64,000 nt of DNA from Wickerhamiella versatilis (GCA_030867685.1 JAQOWU010000007.1:62001-126000), one strand, 5' to 3'. Numbered from the stretch's first letter, positions 23,492 through 34,326 are shown. The notes: generated by a model not told the origin, from the letters alone. A program made the numbers and translations.

Positions 23492-23983
23492 ATTGGACTA
23501 TTTCTTACCAATGACAGTTGGGCGGGTGATCTTGTATAGACTACGAGGGTTTCACGCACACATATAGACTTCGCTAGCTCCAAGAGATCATAGATATTAT
23601 GGGCTTTTATATTCAGCCCTTCCTTTTATATATTAGAGTAGTAGGAGTAGGGTGATTTATTTTGAAGGAATATTAAGCTACTGTTCTTCTTTTCTTGTGA
23701 TCATGTAGTGAGTTGCGTTGATAATAGCAATTAAATTGTCAAAATTAGGAAATTTTTGACAAAAACTTGAAGAATCAGCGCTTTTCGGCTAAAGGAATTT
23801 GTTCTCAGTAGTTCCAAGCAGTACCTGACCTTATATTGAGCTTACTTCTTCCTACTGGACTTTTTTTTTCTGTTCCATTCTGTATTTGCCATCCGAAAAA
23901 AGGTAGCTATATGTTTTAATGTATTTAATAATAAAGTATCTCTATCCTAGTTTATGTCTATCTAATTTAATATAAAGTTAAAT

Positions 23984-26900
23984 TCAAATTGCCTTAATGA
24001 AAGCGAGTACATCGCTAGGACCAACTACGTCGCCTTCAGAAACAGGAATACTGAGTACCAGGAACTTGCTAGATCCAAGCTGATCTTGATCTTGAACTTG
24101 CACTTCCTCTACGTCCTCGTCACTAGATTCAGCCAAACTCGAGGGAGAGATGTGAATCTCCATTTTCATTGCCTCTAGTATCACGATGCCAGTATCATTT
24201 TCAATAACTTCACCTGCCTTAACCTTTATCTTGAAAACATTCGCAGCCATTCCTCCAGTTATAGGAATCACGTTAGAGTCTTCAGGTGACAAGAGTCCCT
24301 CGTTCTCCTTCTTCGACAATGCTGCTTCCTTCACCTCACTCTCCCACTTAGTAAATGACTCTGCATCTTCATTGGCTAGCTGTAGAGTTGATTTTATTCT
24401 TTGATTGTTTATTTTTTTCGACTCCTTTTCCACCTTCTGGTGGAAAGCAATATATTCGCCAAAATTCAATTCAACCTCTTTGGTCTCAAGCTCAAGTTTA
24501 CCAGATACAAGTAAATTGTTGAGCCGAGTGAGTTCAGCTTCATCGACTTCATAGTACTCGATTTGGTCGAAGTTCGAGAAAAACCACGGCTTGCCTGGTT
24601 TCAAGGTTTTCAAGCTACTAAAAGTGTTCCAGCATAAGTCAGGTAAAGTCATTGCCCATATCATGAATCCACCGGGGCAATCAATTGAGTAGATGGACTG
24701 GCCTACAGAACCACTTCCAATAGCACCCTTTGGCGTAAACGTACGTGGTGGGTTGTATTTTCCTGTCTTGAGCCGCGTACGTGGGTCCAGGTTAACAGTA
24801 AGCGTATTCCCGCAGAAAAAGGAGACAGCAGTGACGATTTGCCTTTGTCCGATTATCATCCTCTTGAAGTCTTCATCTGATTGCAAGTTGTTGGCTTTCT
24901 TGATATAATCAGCATTACTTGGGAGATAAGTTGCATACGGTCTCTGCGAATGCATATATCGCTCCAAGCAATGATCAAGAGCCGAATGCTCAAAAGTGCA
25001 AGGTAGCTTAAAAAGGGTGCTTTTGATGCTTAGATCGTGAGGTGGACTAATAGTCTCCTCCAATCTCTTAATCTTCTCAAGAACGCTATCTCTCGTCACA
25101 ATATTGACATCGAATATTACGCCAACAGCGCCACTGCATGACTCAACACGAATTATCTCTTTGTTGACAGAAGGGTCAAGCATTCTTTCGAGAACTCTTT
25201 GACGGCCACAATTTACCATATCAAATTCTTTGACACCAAAGTCCACAAGGAGCATTCCCTCCCCTGCCTGCCGAATATTGAATTGAGGTATTTCACCATG
25301 TTGGCCACGGTGATACAAAAGACTCTGGAACTTATCTTGAGATAAAACCCCATCACTTTCTAGGGATGGATACGTAGGAAATGGTGCCTCCCCCCTTAGG
25401 GCTATTTCAACAGCTGCGATGAAATCAGTAGCATTCTTATCTAACTCCAAAGCTTGCTCGTATGTCACGGGTCTAAACTTAATTTTTGACCCTACTTGAG
25501 CTTGCCCATTCTTCCACCAATCACATAACGTTGGTACAGCGATGCATGTGAATCCAGATAGCGTTCCCCCATCAACTCCGAAGAGGGCTAGTCCATTTCC
25601 AATCACACTTATACCACATGTAGGGTAAGGATACTCCAGAATATTGCTGGGATGCGAGCCACCATCTCCACCATCTTTACGCGAGAAAACATCAGCCTGC
25701 CCATCTAGTTTGGTGCAGCCACGATTAGAATTGATGTTGACATGATATTCTGTTTCGTAGAACTTCTTCAGTTTATCCATACTGCATATATCTGAGGTAT
25801 CATGTGGACCACTAAGTGTGTGGATTATCCAAGCTTCATTATCATTCTCGAGCTTAGGAGGGATAGCGTAATCAGGAAAATGCATGCAGTGCCGGACATT
25901 TTGGTACTCAGGAGAATAAGAGATACCAAGACAGTCACCCTGCATGATAATTCTGCCCTGATGGCCACCAAGACTCAAGGTTGGGGTGCACGATTTGGAA
26001 CCCAAATAATGCGCAACATCAGGCAGACCACCCTTAATAGCAAGGTATGTACGCGCTCCTGTGCCAGTGGGGGCACCAATTGAAACCAGAGACCCAGCTG
26101 GAACTTCAATGGCGGAGAATGCCGGCGCCTGTTTCTTGTTGATTTTGAAGACGAAGTCGCCGCCAGCTAGACATATAGTTGCAGGGGAGTGGAATTTGAT
26201 TTTTGGCCCTTTCACCGAAATTTCAAGCGCTTCTGTATTTTTATCATTGCCAACTATCATGTTCGCAAGTTGCATATGGAGCGGATCTGCTGCACCACCA
26301 AGAGGTACGCCACCACTGTAGCCTACGCGACCTGGCAAATCCTGAATAGTTGTGTACGCCCCACCCGTGAGAAACTCCATAAGCCTGGGACGAAAGGTAA
26401 AGCTTTTGGCCAAAAACGTCGTTAAGGTACGTCCGATAGCGAATTCGTGGCTCTCTAAAATGGCGATCAAATATTCTTTATTGGTAGAGGGTCCCAAAAT
26501 TGAACTCTTGGTCAACACCTCACCCAATCCCAATCTAGCCTTCTCTCTCATTTCACCCCATACCATATATTTAGCGAGAAGAGGGTCAAAATAAGGCGAT
26601 ATTCTGGATCCTGTGGCAATCCAGTGGTCAACACGCGTCTTGCAATCTGGGGCAACTTTCTCATAAATGTCGACGAGATGAAGGATTCCCGGTGAGGGCT
26701 GAAAGTTCTTGGCAGGATTCTCAGCATAAAGTCTTGCTTCAATTGCATGGCCGTTGGGAATTCCGCTCCCTTGGAACACAGCTAATTCTTGAGTTGGTAT
26801 GCCAGGCTTGCCTCTAGCCTCATAATCAGCCTGAAGCAGCATCATGTAAACAAGGTCTACACCATAAACAAGCTCAGTTATACCATGCTCCACCTGGAGC

Positions 26901-27790
26901 CTTGTGTTCACTTCCAAGAAATAAAATTTAGACGTCTCATCATCAAGAAGAAACTCAACAGTGCCTGCAGATTTATACTTTACAGATGATGCAAGTTTCC
27001 TGGCACTAGCACAAAGTTTTTCACGTAGTTCCATATTTTCACCTACAAAGGGGCTTGGACTTTCTTCAATTACTTTCTGGTGTCGACGCTGGATGCTGCA
27101 CTCACGCTCACCGAATGTGACGACGTCGCCTTGGCCATTTCCAAAAACCTGAACTTCAATATGCCGGCCTGACTGAATATACTTCTCCAAAAAAACACCT
27201 GCATTTTTGAATAGGGTCTGTCCACGTGAAACTACCTCACTGTAAGCACCGGCTAATTCAGACTCATTCCAACAAACTTTGAGACCCATTCCTCCACCTC
27301 CAGCTGTAGACTTCAGCATTATAGGAAAACCAATCTTTTTCGCTAATTCCTGGGCTCTTTGAGGGCTTTCAACCAGTGGAGAGCCAGATAATATGGGAAC
27401 AAAATTCTTTTCAGCAAGTTCACGAGCAATGTGTTTAATTCCGAACTGTTCTATGGTTTCTGATGCTGGTCCTGCAAATATTATACCGGCCTTTGCAATT
27501 GCATTGGCAAATTCACTGTTCTCAGACAAAAATCCGTAACCAGGAACAACTACATCAGCCTTTTGGTCAATTGCTATGTTGACCATTTGGTTAGTATCAA
27601 TATACGCAGCACTACCAACACCATTCAGAAGAACGCTGATATCTGCTTCACCGACATGGGCTGAGCCTGCATCTTCTGGAGAATATACTGAAATGGAAAT
27701 CAGCCCGTGCTCTCTACAGGAACGAATTATTCTCACAGCTATTTCACCGCGATTAGCTATCAGCACTCTCCGAATCTTTTCGAATACCAT
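23984..27790 (-). CDS. lamA: Stand-alone urea carboxylase-like protein (biotin carboxylase + carboxyltransferase + biotin carrier), LamA-like
   Basis: Motifs LIANRGEIA, GGGGMG, RECSIQRRHQK, EVNTRLQVEH and the biotin site EAMKME. There is no N-terminal amidase domain, and the gene is divergent from LamB. Confidence 0.85.
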   Translation of the reverse strand: MVFEKIRRVLIANRGEIAVRIIRSCREHGLISISVYSPEDAGSAHVGEADISVLLNGVGSAAYIDTNQMVNIAIDQKADVVVPGYGFLSENSEFANAIAKAGIIFAGPASETIEQFGIKHIARELAEKNFVPILSGSPLVESPQRAQELAKKIGFPIMLKSTAGGGGMGLKVCWNESELAGAYSEVVSRGQTLFKNAGVFLEKYIQSGRHIEVQVFGNGQGDVVTFGERECSIQRRHQKVIEESPSPFVGENMELREKLCASARKLASSVKYKSAGTVEFLLDDETSKFYFLEVNTRLQVEHGITELVYGVDLVYMMLLQADYEARGKPGIPTQELAVFQGSGIPNGHAIEARLYAENPAKNFQPSPGILHLVDIYEKVAPDCKTRVDHWIATGSRISPYFDPLLAKYMVWGEMREKARLGLGEVLTKSSILGPSTNKEYLIAILESHEFAIGRTLTTFLAKSFTFRPRLMEFLTGGAYTTIQDLPGRVGYSGGVPLGGAADPLHMQLANMIVGNDKNTEALEISVKGPKIKFHSPATICLAGGDFVFKINKKQAPAFSAIEVPAGSLVSIGAPTGTGARTYLAIKGGLPDVAHYLGSKSCTPTLSLGGHQGRIIMQGDCLGISYSPEYQNVRHCMHFPDYAIPPKLENDNEAWIIHTLSGPHDTSDICSMDKLKKFYETEYHVNINSNRGCTKLDGQADVFSRKDGGDGGSHPSNILEYPYPTCGISVIGNGLALFGVDGGTLSGFTCIAVPTLCDWWKNGQAQVGSKIKFRPVTYEQALELDKNATDFIAAVEIALRGEAPFPTYPSLESDGVLSQDKFQSLLYHRGQHGEIPQFNIRQAGEGMLLVDFGVKEFDMVNCGRQRVLERMLDPSVNKEIIRVESCSGAVGVIFDVNIVTRDSVLEKIKRLEETISPPHDLSIKSTLFKLPCTFEHSALDHCLERYMHSQRPYATYLPSNADYIKKANNLQSDEDFKRMIIGQRQIVTAVSFFCGNTLTVNLDPRTRLKTGKYNPPRTFTPKGAIGSGSVGQSIYSIDCPGGFMIWAMTLPDLCWNTFSSLKTLKPGKPWFFSNFDQIEYYEVDEAELTRLNNLLVSGKLELETKEVELNFGEYIAFHQKVEKESKKINNQRIKSTLQLANEDAESFTKWESEVKEAALSKKENEGLLSPEDSNVIPITGGMAANVFKIKVKAGEVIENDTGIVILEAMKMEIHISPSSLAESSDEDVEEVQVQDQDQLGSSKFLVLSIPVSEGDVVGPSDVLAFIKAI

Positions 27791-27898
27791 GCGCAGATAA
27801 TAAATTAGTTGTCAAATAAATTCAGTGATATAGTATTGTACTTAAGGAATTATTTGCTTATAAAGTTTGAACGTTATCTCCTATCGCGCCACAACGGT

Positions 27899-27945
27899 AG
27901 ATGACTGAGCTCCGCAGATGACTGAGCTCCGCAGATTGCTCCGCA
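27899..27945 (+). promoter_or_regulatory. 17-bp tandem repeat (AGATGACTGAGCTCCGC x2 plus a partial copy) in the lamA/lamB divergent promoter
   Basis: Seen directly. Contains three TCCGCA (CGG-type) motifs and two TGACTGA motifs. Confidence 0.7.
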
Positions 27946-28022
27946 TTACAAATACTTTTTGTAGTTATATATTAGCTTCAGGGCTCTCTAAACAAATATT
28001 TATCAAGTTCAACTATCGGAAT

Positions 28023-28853
28023 ATGTTTACGAAGAATGCTAACTCTCATATTGCGCCTCAACTCGCTGGAAGCGCAGAAGACAACGTGCTAATTCCAAAT
28101 CATGAGCTTAATTGCGACATGGGTGAGGCTTTTGGCCCATGGAAAATGGGACCCGACGAGGAGCTTATGCCAATTATTGACGCGGCTAATATCGCCTGTG
28201 GTGGTCATGCTGGTGATCCTCAGACTATGCTTAAGACTGTACGTCTGGCTAAGAGGCATGGTGTGCGTGTAGGGGCACACCCAGGATTACCTGATCCTCT
28301 TGGTTTCGGTCGTCGCCGCTGGTCCTTGTCACCTGAAGAAGTTTTCACTCTAATTCTCTACCAAGTAGGAGCGCTTCAGGGTATAGCTCGAGCGGAGGAC
28401 GTCGAGGTTTCATATATAAAGCCCCATGGTGAGCTTTATTTTTATATAGAAAGAGATGACGAAATTATGAAGGCTGCTTTGAGAGCCGCTAAGACACTCG
28501 GGCTTCCCGTCATGGGTGGAAAGAGCAAACGCTATCTTGAAATGGCCCATGAGTTTGGCGTAAAGTTCATTCAAGAAGCTTACGCTGACCTAAACTATAC
28601 GCCATTTGGGGCCCTAATAAAGCCACCTTCAGAGCCTAAGTTTCGAAAGACACCTGAGGTCATCTCAAACTTCGTATTACGAGCGGGAGAGGCTGATCAA
28701 GCAGTGGATACTGAAGGAAATATCATTGACCTCAACTTTGATGGGGCTCACATCACATTTTGTCTTCATTCGGACATCCCAGGTGTACTTGAAAACGCCA
28801 CAGCAGCGAGGAAAGCTATCGATACTATTAATAAGAGAAAATATGGAGTATAA
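28023..28853 (+). CDS. lamB: LamB/YcsF (PxpA-like) lactam utilization protein
   Basis: Motifs LNCDMGE, ANIACGGHAGDP, GAHPGLPD..GFGRR, YIKPHG and CLHSD. The probable start is ATG 28023. Confidence 0.92.
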   Translation: MFTKNANSHIAPQLAGSAEDNVLIPNHELNCDMGEAFGPWKMGPDEELMPIIDAANIACGGHAGDPQTMLKTVRLAKRHGVRVGAHPGLPDPLGFGRRRWSLSPEEVFTLILYQVGALQGIARAEDVEVSYIKPHGELYFYIERDDEIMKAALRAAKTLGLPVMGGKSKRYLEMAHEFGVKFIQEAYADLNYTPFGALIKPPSEPKFRKTPEVISNFVLRAGEADQAVDTEGNIIDLNFDGAHITFCLHSDIPGVLENATAARKAIDTINKRKYGV

Positions 28854-29094
28854 TTTACTAGTAAACTAAATGTTCCACTTTAAAAACCAACACCGCTTAT
28901 CGTCAGTTAATTTTATACAATTGCAGATTTATATACTCTTGTTGACACCATTGCCCACATATCTCTGAATCTTGGCATAAAATGGAGCAAATTGGAGAGA
29001 GAGGGTAAAGTAAAACCACCTAGGTTGTCTATAGACCTTAGTTGATTAATAACGATAGATAAGTAGCTAAGTAGCGGAGTCAAATTAGACGTTG

Positions 29095-29110
29095 GTGGCT
29101 ATCTTGCGTT
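29095..29110 (+). repeat. Dispersed element, left arm plus core
   Basis: gtggctatcttgcgtt, upstream of the tautomerase. Confidence 0.7.
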
Positions 29111-29226
29111 TGCTTACGTGTCAGATAAGTGCGGAGCGGAGGCCCTCCGTATGGATCTATAAGCGTGTCCGCACGAAAACATTAAAGAGAGTGGGAGTCC
29201 TGAATCCTCTTTTAACTAAAAGAAAA

Positions 29227-29454
29227 ATGCCTCACGTCATAGTTAAGGCTATAGAGGGTAAGTCGAAGGAGCAGCTCAAAGGGCTGGTGGATGGCATAAC
29301 CAAAGCTTTTGTTGACCAAGGAATAGGTGCAAAAGCTGTGACCGTACGCTTAGAAGAGTTTCCTCGAGAGCAATGGATGGAGAAGGTTTACCATGTTGAT
29401 GTTGAACATGGACCAGGTCAACTGATGAAAGGCCCAGAATATGATAGCGTCTAA
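29227..29454 (+). CDS. 4-oxalocrotonate tautomerase family (PptA-like), 75 aa, bacterial-type
   Basis: Starting at ATG 29227 gives M-PHVIVK, with the catalytic Pro-1. Also GKSxEQ, EE..W.EKVY..D and K.P.Y at the end. Confidence 0.85.
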   Translation: MPHVIVKAIEGKSKEQLKGLVDGITKAFVDQGIGAKAVTVRLEEFPREQWMEKVYHVDVEHGPGQLMKGPEYDSV

Positions 29455-29494
29455 AACAGAACCGTACAACTTTCTATAGATTTCCTACCTTAGA

Positions 29495-31327
29495 TTAACA
29501 TCGATGAGCAAAGAGCATATCGGAAAGTAAGTCATTTATGCTTTGAAATTCCAATTCTGGACTGGTGACTTCGATGTTCTCTTCATACTCCGCATATTGT
29601 TGCTCTGGTTGTGGTACATCTTCTTTTTCATGATCTTGGGAATTCATCGACTTTTTTAGTGATTTCACAAGGTCTTGAAATTTTGAATAGTCATAAAATT
29701 TCCGTCTTTCCATCAGCGTAACTAGATTGTATGCCGTATTGACGGTATCCGTAATTTCTTTCGTCTCGAAGTTCTGCGACACTAATACAATTGCCTTCAA
29801 TGCTTTATCAACAAGGGTGATTGACTTTTTGCTGTCAATTATTAGTAACATGCAAAGCAATTGAAATGGAAGATTGGCGACGTGCCACCAGGGAATCTGA
29901 TTTCGTGCGAAGTCACAGCATGCGTCGAGCCCGGACACTGCGACGTTCAGTAAAAGAGGCGTGATATCATTCACAAATGAATACTTAAGCGAGTATAGTC
30001 TTCGGAAGAAAATGATCGCTAGATAGCTCCTTTCCAAGGATAGATGCTGGTTAGATGGAATGTATTTCTCCAAGATCCTGATTCCATGTGAAATATCCTT
30101 AGCTCCGGAATTAGGAACCAGGGTTGATTCTGTTATCCTATAGAGTTCCAAATATTCGTGAATGCAGTCGTTAGCATCATTTTTGTTATCGGGGTAACGC
30201 GACCTGATGGTATTGTGCTGAACTTCCGGGAGACCAAGCTCTATAGAAGTCATGTAATTCAAAGATTTTAAATACCAAAAAACTCTTCTCGACATATCCT
30301 GCTCATATCCAGGCTTCCACCTAGACTCAGTCGGAAGGCCTACTAGCTCTGCATACTGTAGCGCCTGTGAGCTAGTCATCCACATGGCAGATGGATTAGC
30401 TGCAGCCCTTAAATACACTAAGTAAAGTATCCAAGCCTGTAAATAGCGAAGAGTGTTCAGATTATTGCTTTTCAGGCCAGAACTTGATACCCGATACAAC
30501 CTTAATTCGACTGTATGAATTAATAAACGCTCCAATTCTCGTCGATCAACTATTGAAGGGACTATTTGCTTTCCTCGGGAGAAAAGTGAGCCGAGTGCGA
30601 TTACCCCAAAAATAACCAACTGGAAGCCGTCCCCATACTCAAATGGCTGGTCGCTGTAGACAAGGGCAAGTTTCTCCGTATATGATTTCTTGTCAACAAT
30701 AGAGTAGATTGGGTGCACTATGTCGAAAAAGCTTAAAGAAAGGCGCTCAGTATGGGCTTGAGATAGGACTTTTTTAATGTCTACCAAGCGGAACATCTGA
30801 CGGTCATCCGTTAGACCCAGGTTCCAAGCACGTCCATGAATAGAAATGTTCTCCCCTACCTCCTGTGATATCCAGTTTGTGAAAACATTTCCTCGTGAAG
30901 AATTCTTCAAATGATCCTCGGGAGTGGCATAACGGGGTGCGAGACTGGAGCGCTCAGCTATATCCTCATTTGAAATGACCTTGCTCATTGGTTCCATACA
31001 ATTTTCGTTATATTGCAGAAGACTATTGTCCGATTCTGAATCTTGATGGCGATTGCTCTGGACATATAGTTTTGCATAACTTTTTAATGGACGTCGAGAG
31101 ACATCTGACACTTGTTTATGCGGGAACGGGAGACTTGCCTGATTTTCATGACTACCCTTAGCTCCCAGTGTACTGGATGCCTCGTAGGTACAATTTCGCG
31201 AGTACTTTCTACAAGTCTCACAAGGCATAAGTCCATTACACTTTCTCTTACTGCGTCGACATGGATGACAAGCCTGCTGGACTACTTCTCTAGGACGCTT
31301 TTTCAATGGACCAAAATTCTCATTCAT
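29495..31327 (-). CDS. Zn2Cys6 fungal transcription factor with a Fungal_trans domain
   Basis: ACHPCRRSKRKCNGLMPCETCRKYSRNCTY; also FFDIVHP and RRVFW. Confidence 0.92.
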   Translation of the reverse strand: MNENFGPLKKRPREVVQQACHPCRRSKRKCNGLMPCETCRKYSRNCTYEASSTLGAKGSHENQASLPFPHKQVSDVSRRPLKSYAKLYVQSNRHQDSESDNSLLQYNENCMEPMSKVISNEDIAERSSLAPRYATPEDHLKNSSRGNVFTNWISQEVGENISIHGRAWNLGLTDDRQMFRLVDIKKVLSQAHTERLSLSFFDIVHPIYSIVDKKSYTEKLALVYSDQPFEYGDGFQLVIFGVIALGSLFSRGKQIVPSIVDRRELERLLIHTVELRLYRVSSSGLKSNNLNTLRYLQAWILYLVYLRAAANPSAMWMTSSQALQYAELVGLPTESRWKPGYEQDMSRRVFWYLKSLNYMTSIELGLPEVQHNTIRSRYPDNKNDANDCIHEYLELYRITESTLVPNSGAKDISHGIRILEKYIPSNQHLSLERSYLAIIFFRRLYSLKYSFVNDITPLLLNVAVSGLDACCDFARNQIPWWHVANLPFQLLCMLLIIDSKKSITLVDKALKAIVLVSQNFETKEITDTVNTAYNLVTLMERRKFYDYSKFQDLVKSLKKSMNSQDHEKEDVPQPEQQYAEYEENIEVTSPELEFQSINDLLSDMLFAHRC

Positions 31328-31828
31328 AGTGTTATCCAAACGTGTTGCGTGGTGCCACTAGTCTCGAGTAGTGGAGGGGAAGATATATATTACATAATTA
31401 CTAGCCTGATTAGAGGTGGCTCGGTAACCGTTGTAATCATACAGATAAAAAGAAAAGCAATTTGTATTACATCTAATATCAGGAAGCCGTAGTCTCAGCT
31501 ATTTTTAAAGTCATAATGTTACAAGCGCTTGACCGGGGAACGTCAGGGGTTGCGAAATGCAAATTGGTGTATAATGCAGTCATTGCAGCTTAATTAATAG
31601 TAATCTAGATATATCTTATTGTATGCATAGATTTATACACTAATATGGCGCGCCTAACTATATGAGAAACGAATAGTGATATTCTACCAATAGAGAGTTT
31701 TTATCAAGATCTCGCTGAGAAGCAAAAAAAGCTACACGCTTCTTATCAAAAAGGATTAATTATACAACCGAAAATATTCTCAAATTTATTACATCAAATT
31801 TTTGAAGCATTCCACTTTTCGGCAAAAT

Positions 31829-31844
31829 AAGTGGGCTATCTTGC
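31829..31844 (+). repeat. Dispersed element, left arm plus core
   Basis: aagtgggctatcttgc. Confidence 0.8.
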
Positions 31845-32026
31845 GACATTTCACACCCGCACTAACATGCGGGACTAAGAGTCATAACTAGCCATTCACA
31901 GTTGCTCCGACTATCTCCGCATCACGCATTCTTATTATCATTCTTATTATAGGGTAAGGTACGGTTCGGGGCATTTGATAATAAATATGTTACTTTAGGT
32001 GTTAGAAAGTCATCTCAAGTCGGTTA

Positions 32027-33040
32027 ATGAGCGCTGAGCTTAGTCTGGAGCGAAAAAAATTTAGTCCGAAGGCAGACTTAAATGAAGTTCAGTTAAATTA
32101 CGAATATGACATGGCAAAGTACGTGAAGTATTCAAGTACAGTCAAGTTAAATCCTGATGCTGCAGCAATAAAAGCTTTCCTTGTTGAGGTTGAGCACGCT
32201 CTGGAAAAAGGGCTTTCAATCGAAAGTACACATGAGGCGTTTGGGGAATCTAAAGTCAGGACGGTCATCTATGCGGTCAAAGAACTGGAGCGTCTGGGTC
32301 ACACCGATGAAGCTACTGTAGCAGCACGACAATGTTTGCAACAGTATGTGGAGCTTCATATTAGCCGACATTGGACGCTTCCTTCGGATCTTGAGCCGCT
32401 GCTTCGTGGATTCCTGGCCGAGGCACCAACAAAAACCAGTGGAATAGCACAAAGAGGGGGAACAATACCCCTCACTAAGGCACATGTGCAAACAGCTACC
32501 AATTTCGACTATGAACGGTTTGTTTATAGCAGATATAGTACGAGACATTACACAGGGGAGCCTGTTTCTCACGAAGTTGTGAGAAAAGCAGTAAAGTTGG
32601 CTATCAAGACACCTCGCGTATGTAACCGTGAGGCTAGGCGCGTATATGTTGCGTTAGATCCAGAAATTCGGTCAAAGCTCCTCCAATTTCATCACGGTCA
32701 TGCAGGCTTTGGTCATAAATTGGGAGCTCTCTTTGTTATCACCGCTGATATTCGTGAGTATGCTCATATTGGAGAACGTAATCAAGGATGGATAGACGGT
32801 GGTATGTTTGCTATGTCTTTATGCTTTGCACTGCACTCCCAGGGCCTTGGTACTTGCATGATGAACTGGTCTGAACCGCATGACCATGACCAAAGGCTTA
32901 GAAAAACTTTCTCTATTCCTGAAAATGAAATCGTTATCACATTTCTAGGGGCGGGACACATACCTGAAAAAATAGAAGTGGCTAGTTCCATTTCACCGAG
33001 TGTGGATGACATCCTATCCGAAATTGTACTGCGTCAGTAA
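32027..33040 (+). CDS. Nitroreductase family protein with an N-terminal extension, bacterial-type
   Basis: Motifs SRYSTRHY, KTPRVCNRE, GERNQGWIDGGMFAMS and GLGTC. Confidence 0.88.
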   Translation: MSAELSLERKKFSPKADLNEVQLNYEYDMAKYVKYSSTVKLNPDAAAIKAFLVEVEHALEKGLSIESTHEAFGESKVRTVIYAVKELERLGHTDEATVAARQCLQQYVELHISRHWTLPSDLEPLLRGFLAEAPTKTSGIAQRGGTIPLTKAHVQTATNFDYERFVYSRYSTRHYTGEPVSHEVVRKAVKLAIKTPRVCNREARRVYVALDPEIRSKLLQFHHGHAGFGHKLGALFVITADIREYAHIGERNQGWIDGGMFAMSLCFALHSQGLGTCMMNWSEPHDHDQRLRKTFSIPENEIVITFLGAGHIPEKIEVASSISPSVDDILSEIVLRQ

Positions 33041-33263
33041 CCCTTGTAGGAAACGCAACAGAGCTTATGGAATGCAGCTTAGGCACCCATACACGACTTA
33101 CTACGTCATATGCAGGCATGTCACCACCTTGCCACAATGGAATAGTCAATATCAGTACTTTTCCAGACATGAACAATGAATAACGGGAATTCCAGCGCTG
33201 AGATGCTATATATATGAGCGAAAATTATGTAAAATGGACTTAATTAGCTCCCTAGGGTATAAT

Positions 33264-33286
33264 GGTATCTTGCATTGTATAACCAG
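33264..33286 (+). repeat. Dispersed element, core plus right arm
   Basis: ggtatcttgcattgtataaccag. Confidence 0.75.
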
Positions 33287-34063
33287 CGTATGGGTGGCTT
33301 ATCTATGCTACCCATCATATACGCTGGCACAACGGATGGACCTCACAGATGACAAGCCAGATAATATCAGCATCTATGGGATATAGGTATAGTATAATCT
33401 AAGATTTTCTTAAAAAAAAATTCTTTATACATTTCTTTCAACTTCAAAAATTGCGTACTTAAGGAATGTTGAAGAGCACATCTGACATATCAAAAACAAA
33501 AAAAAACGAAATGAATCCTCGAAGATTCCAGTTATATAGAAATTGGACTGTTTCACTATCCTGATACCATAGCTATATGTTTTAGTGGGATTCATCGATA
33601 ATAGACGCCAGTCGAGATAGATCAAACCTTGTGACTTCGTCATTGACTTCTCATTTACAGGCTGTGAGCAGAAAATTATCCACTAGATAGTTTAATAAAT
33701 AAATACTGAATTGGATGATCTTCGATGGCAATAAATATCTATGGCATTCCATTTAAAACTCTCAAATAAACTTCTTAGTGGTTTCGTATCATATATCCTG
33801 GCCAAAGACAACTATATTAAAAATTAAAAGCTTGCTTACCATTGGTGCTTTGGAAGATCTGAGGGACAGTTTAGAATATCTTACTTATAATGCCAATCTT
33901 GCATTTTTCACGTTTGAAATTGATCTGAACTTCATTCTAGGCCTCAACAAAAACATTATGTGGCGCTTTTGTCTTTTCTCAAGAGCCGGGTAATTTTTTT
34001 AGACGAAATATTAGTTAATTGTACACAAATATAAGTCTTATAAGCCTATATAGTCAGTATTAC

Positions 34064-34179
34064 TGTGGTTTATTTTGCATTGTCCAGCCAGTATCTGGTG
34101 CTACAACTGGGGAGCTGGTTATACTTGACTAAGATACCGCCCCCTAGAAATGCAAGATAGTCCTTATGAGCTATCTTGC
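34064..34179. repeat. Cluster of dispersed-element copies (34064 +, 34149 -, 34169 +)
   Basis: tattttgcattgtccagccagt; aatgcaagatagtcc; agctatcttgc. Confidence 0.8.
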
Positions 34180-34326
34180 TCTTGCGAGAATATAAAGTTT
34201 TAACATAAGCTTCATAAGATCTAGTAAGTTGCTAAAGGCCATAATATCCTATTATCCCACTAGGTATCCCATCAGGGTACAAATGTCCATGTTCACCACT
34301 TGGTCGACGACTGATTGTTGGCCTAA

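Noticed and set aside
27918-28022. N-terminal extension of LamB from ATG 27918
   Set aside because: That ATG is created by the 17-bp promoter tandem repeat, and family similarity begins after ATG 28023.
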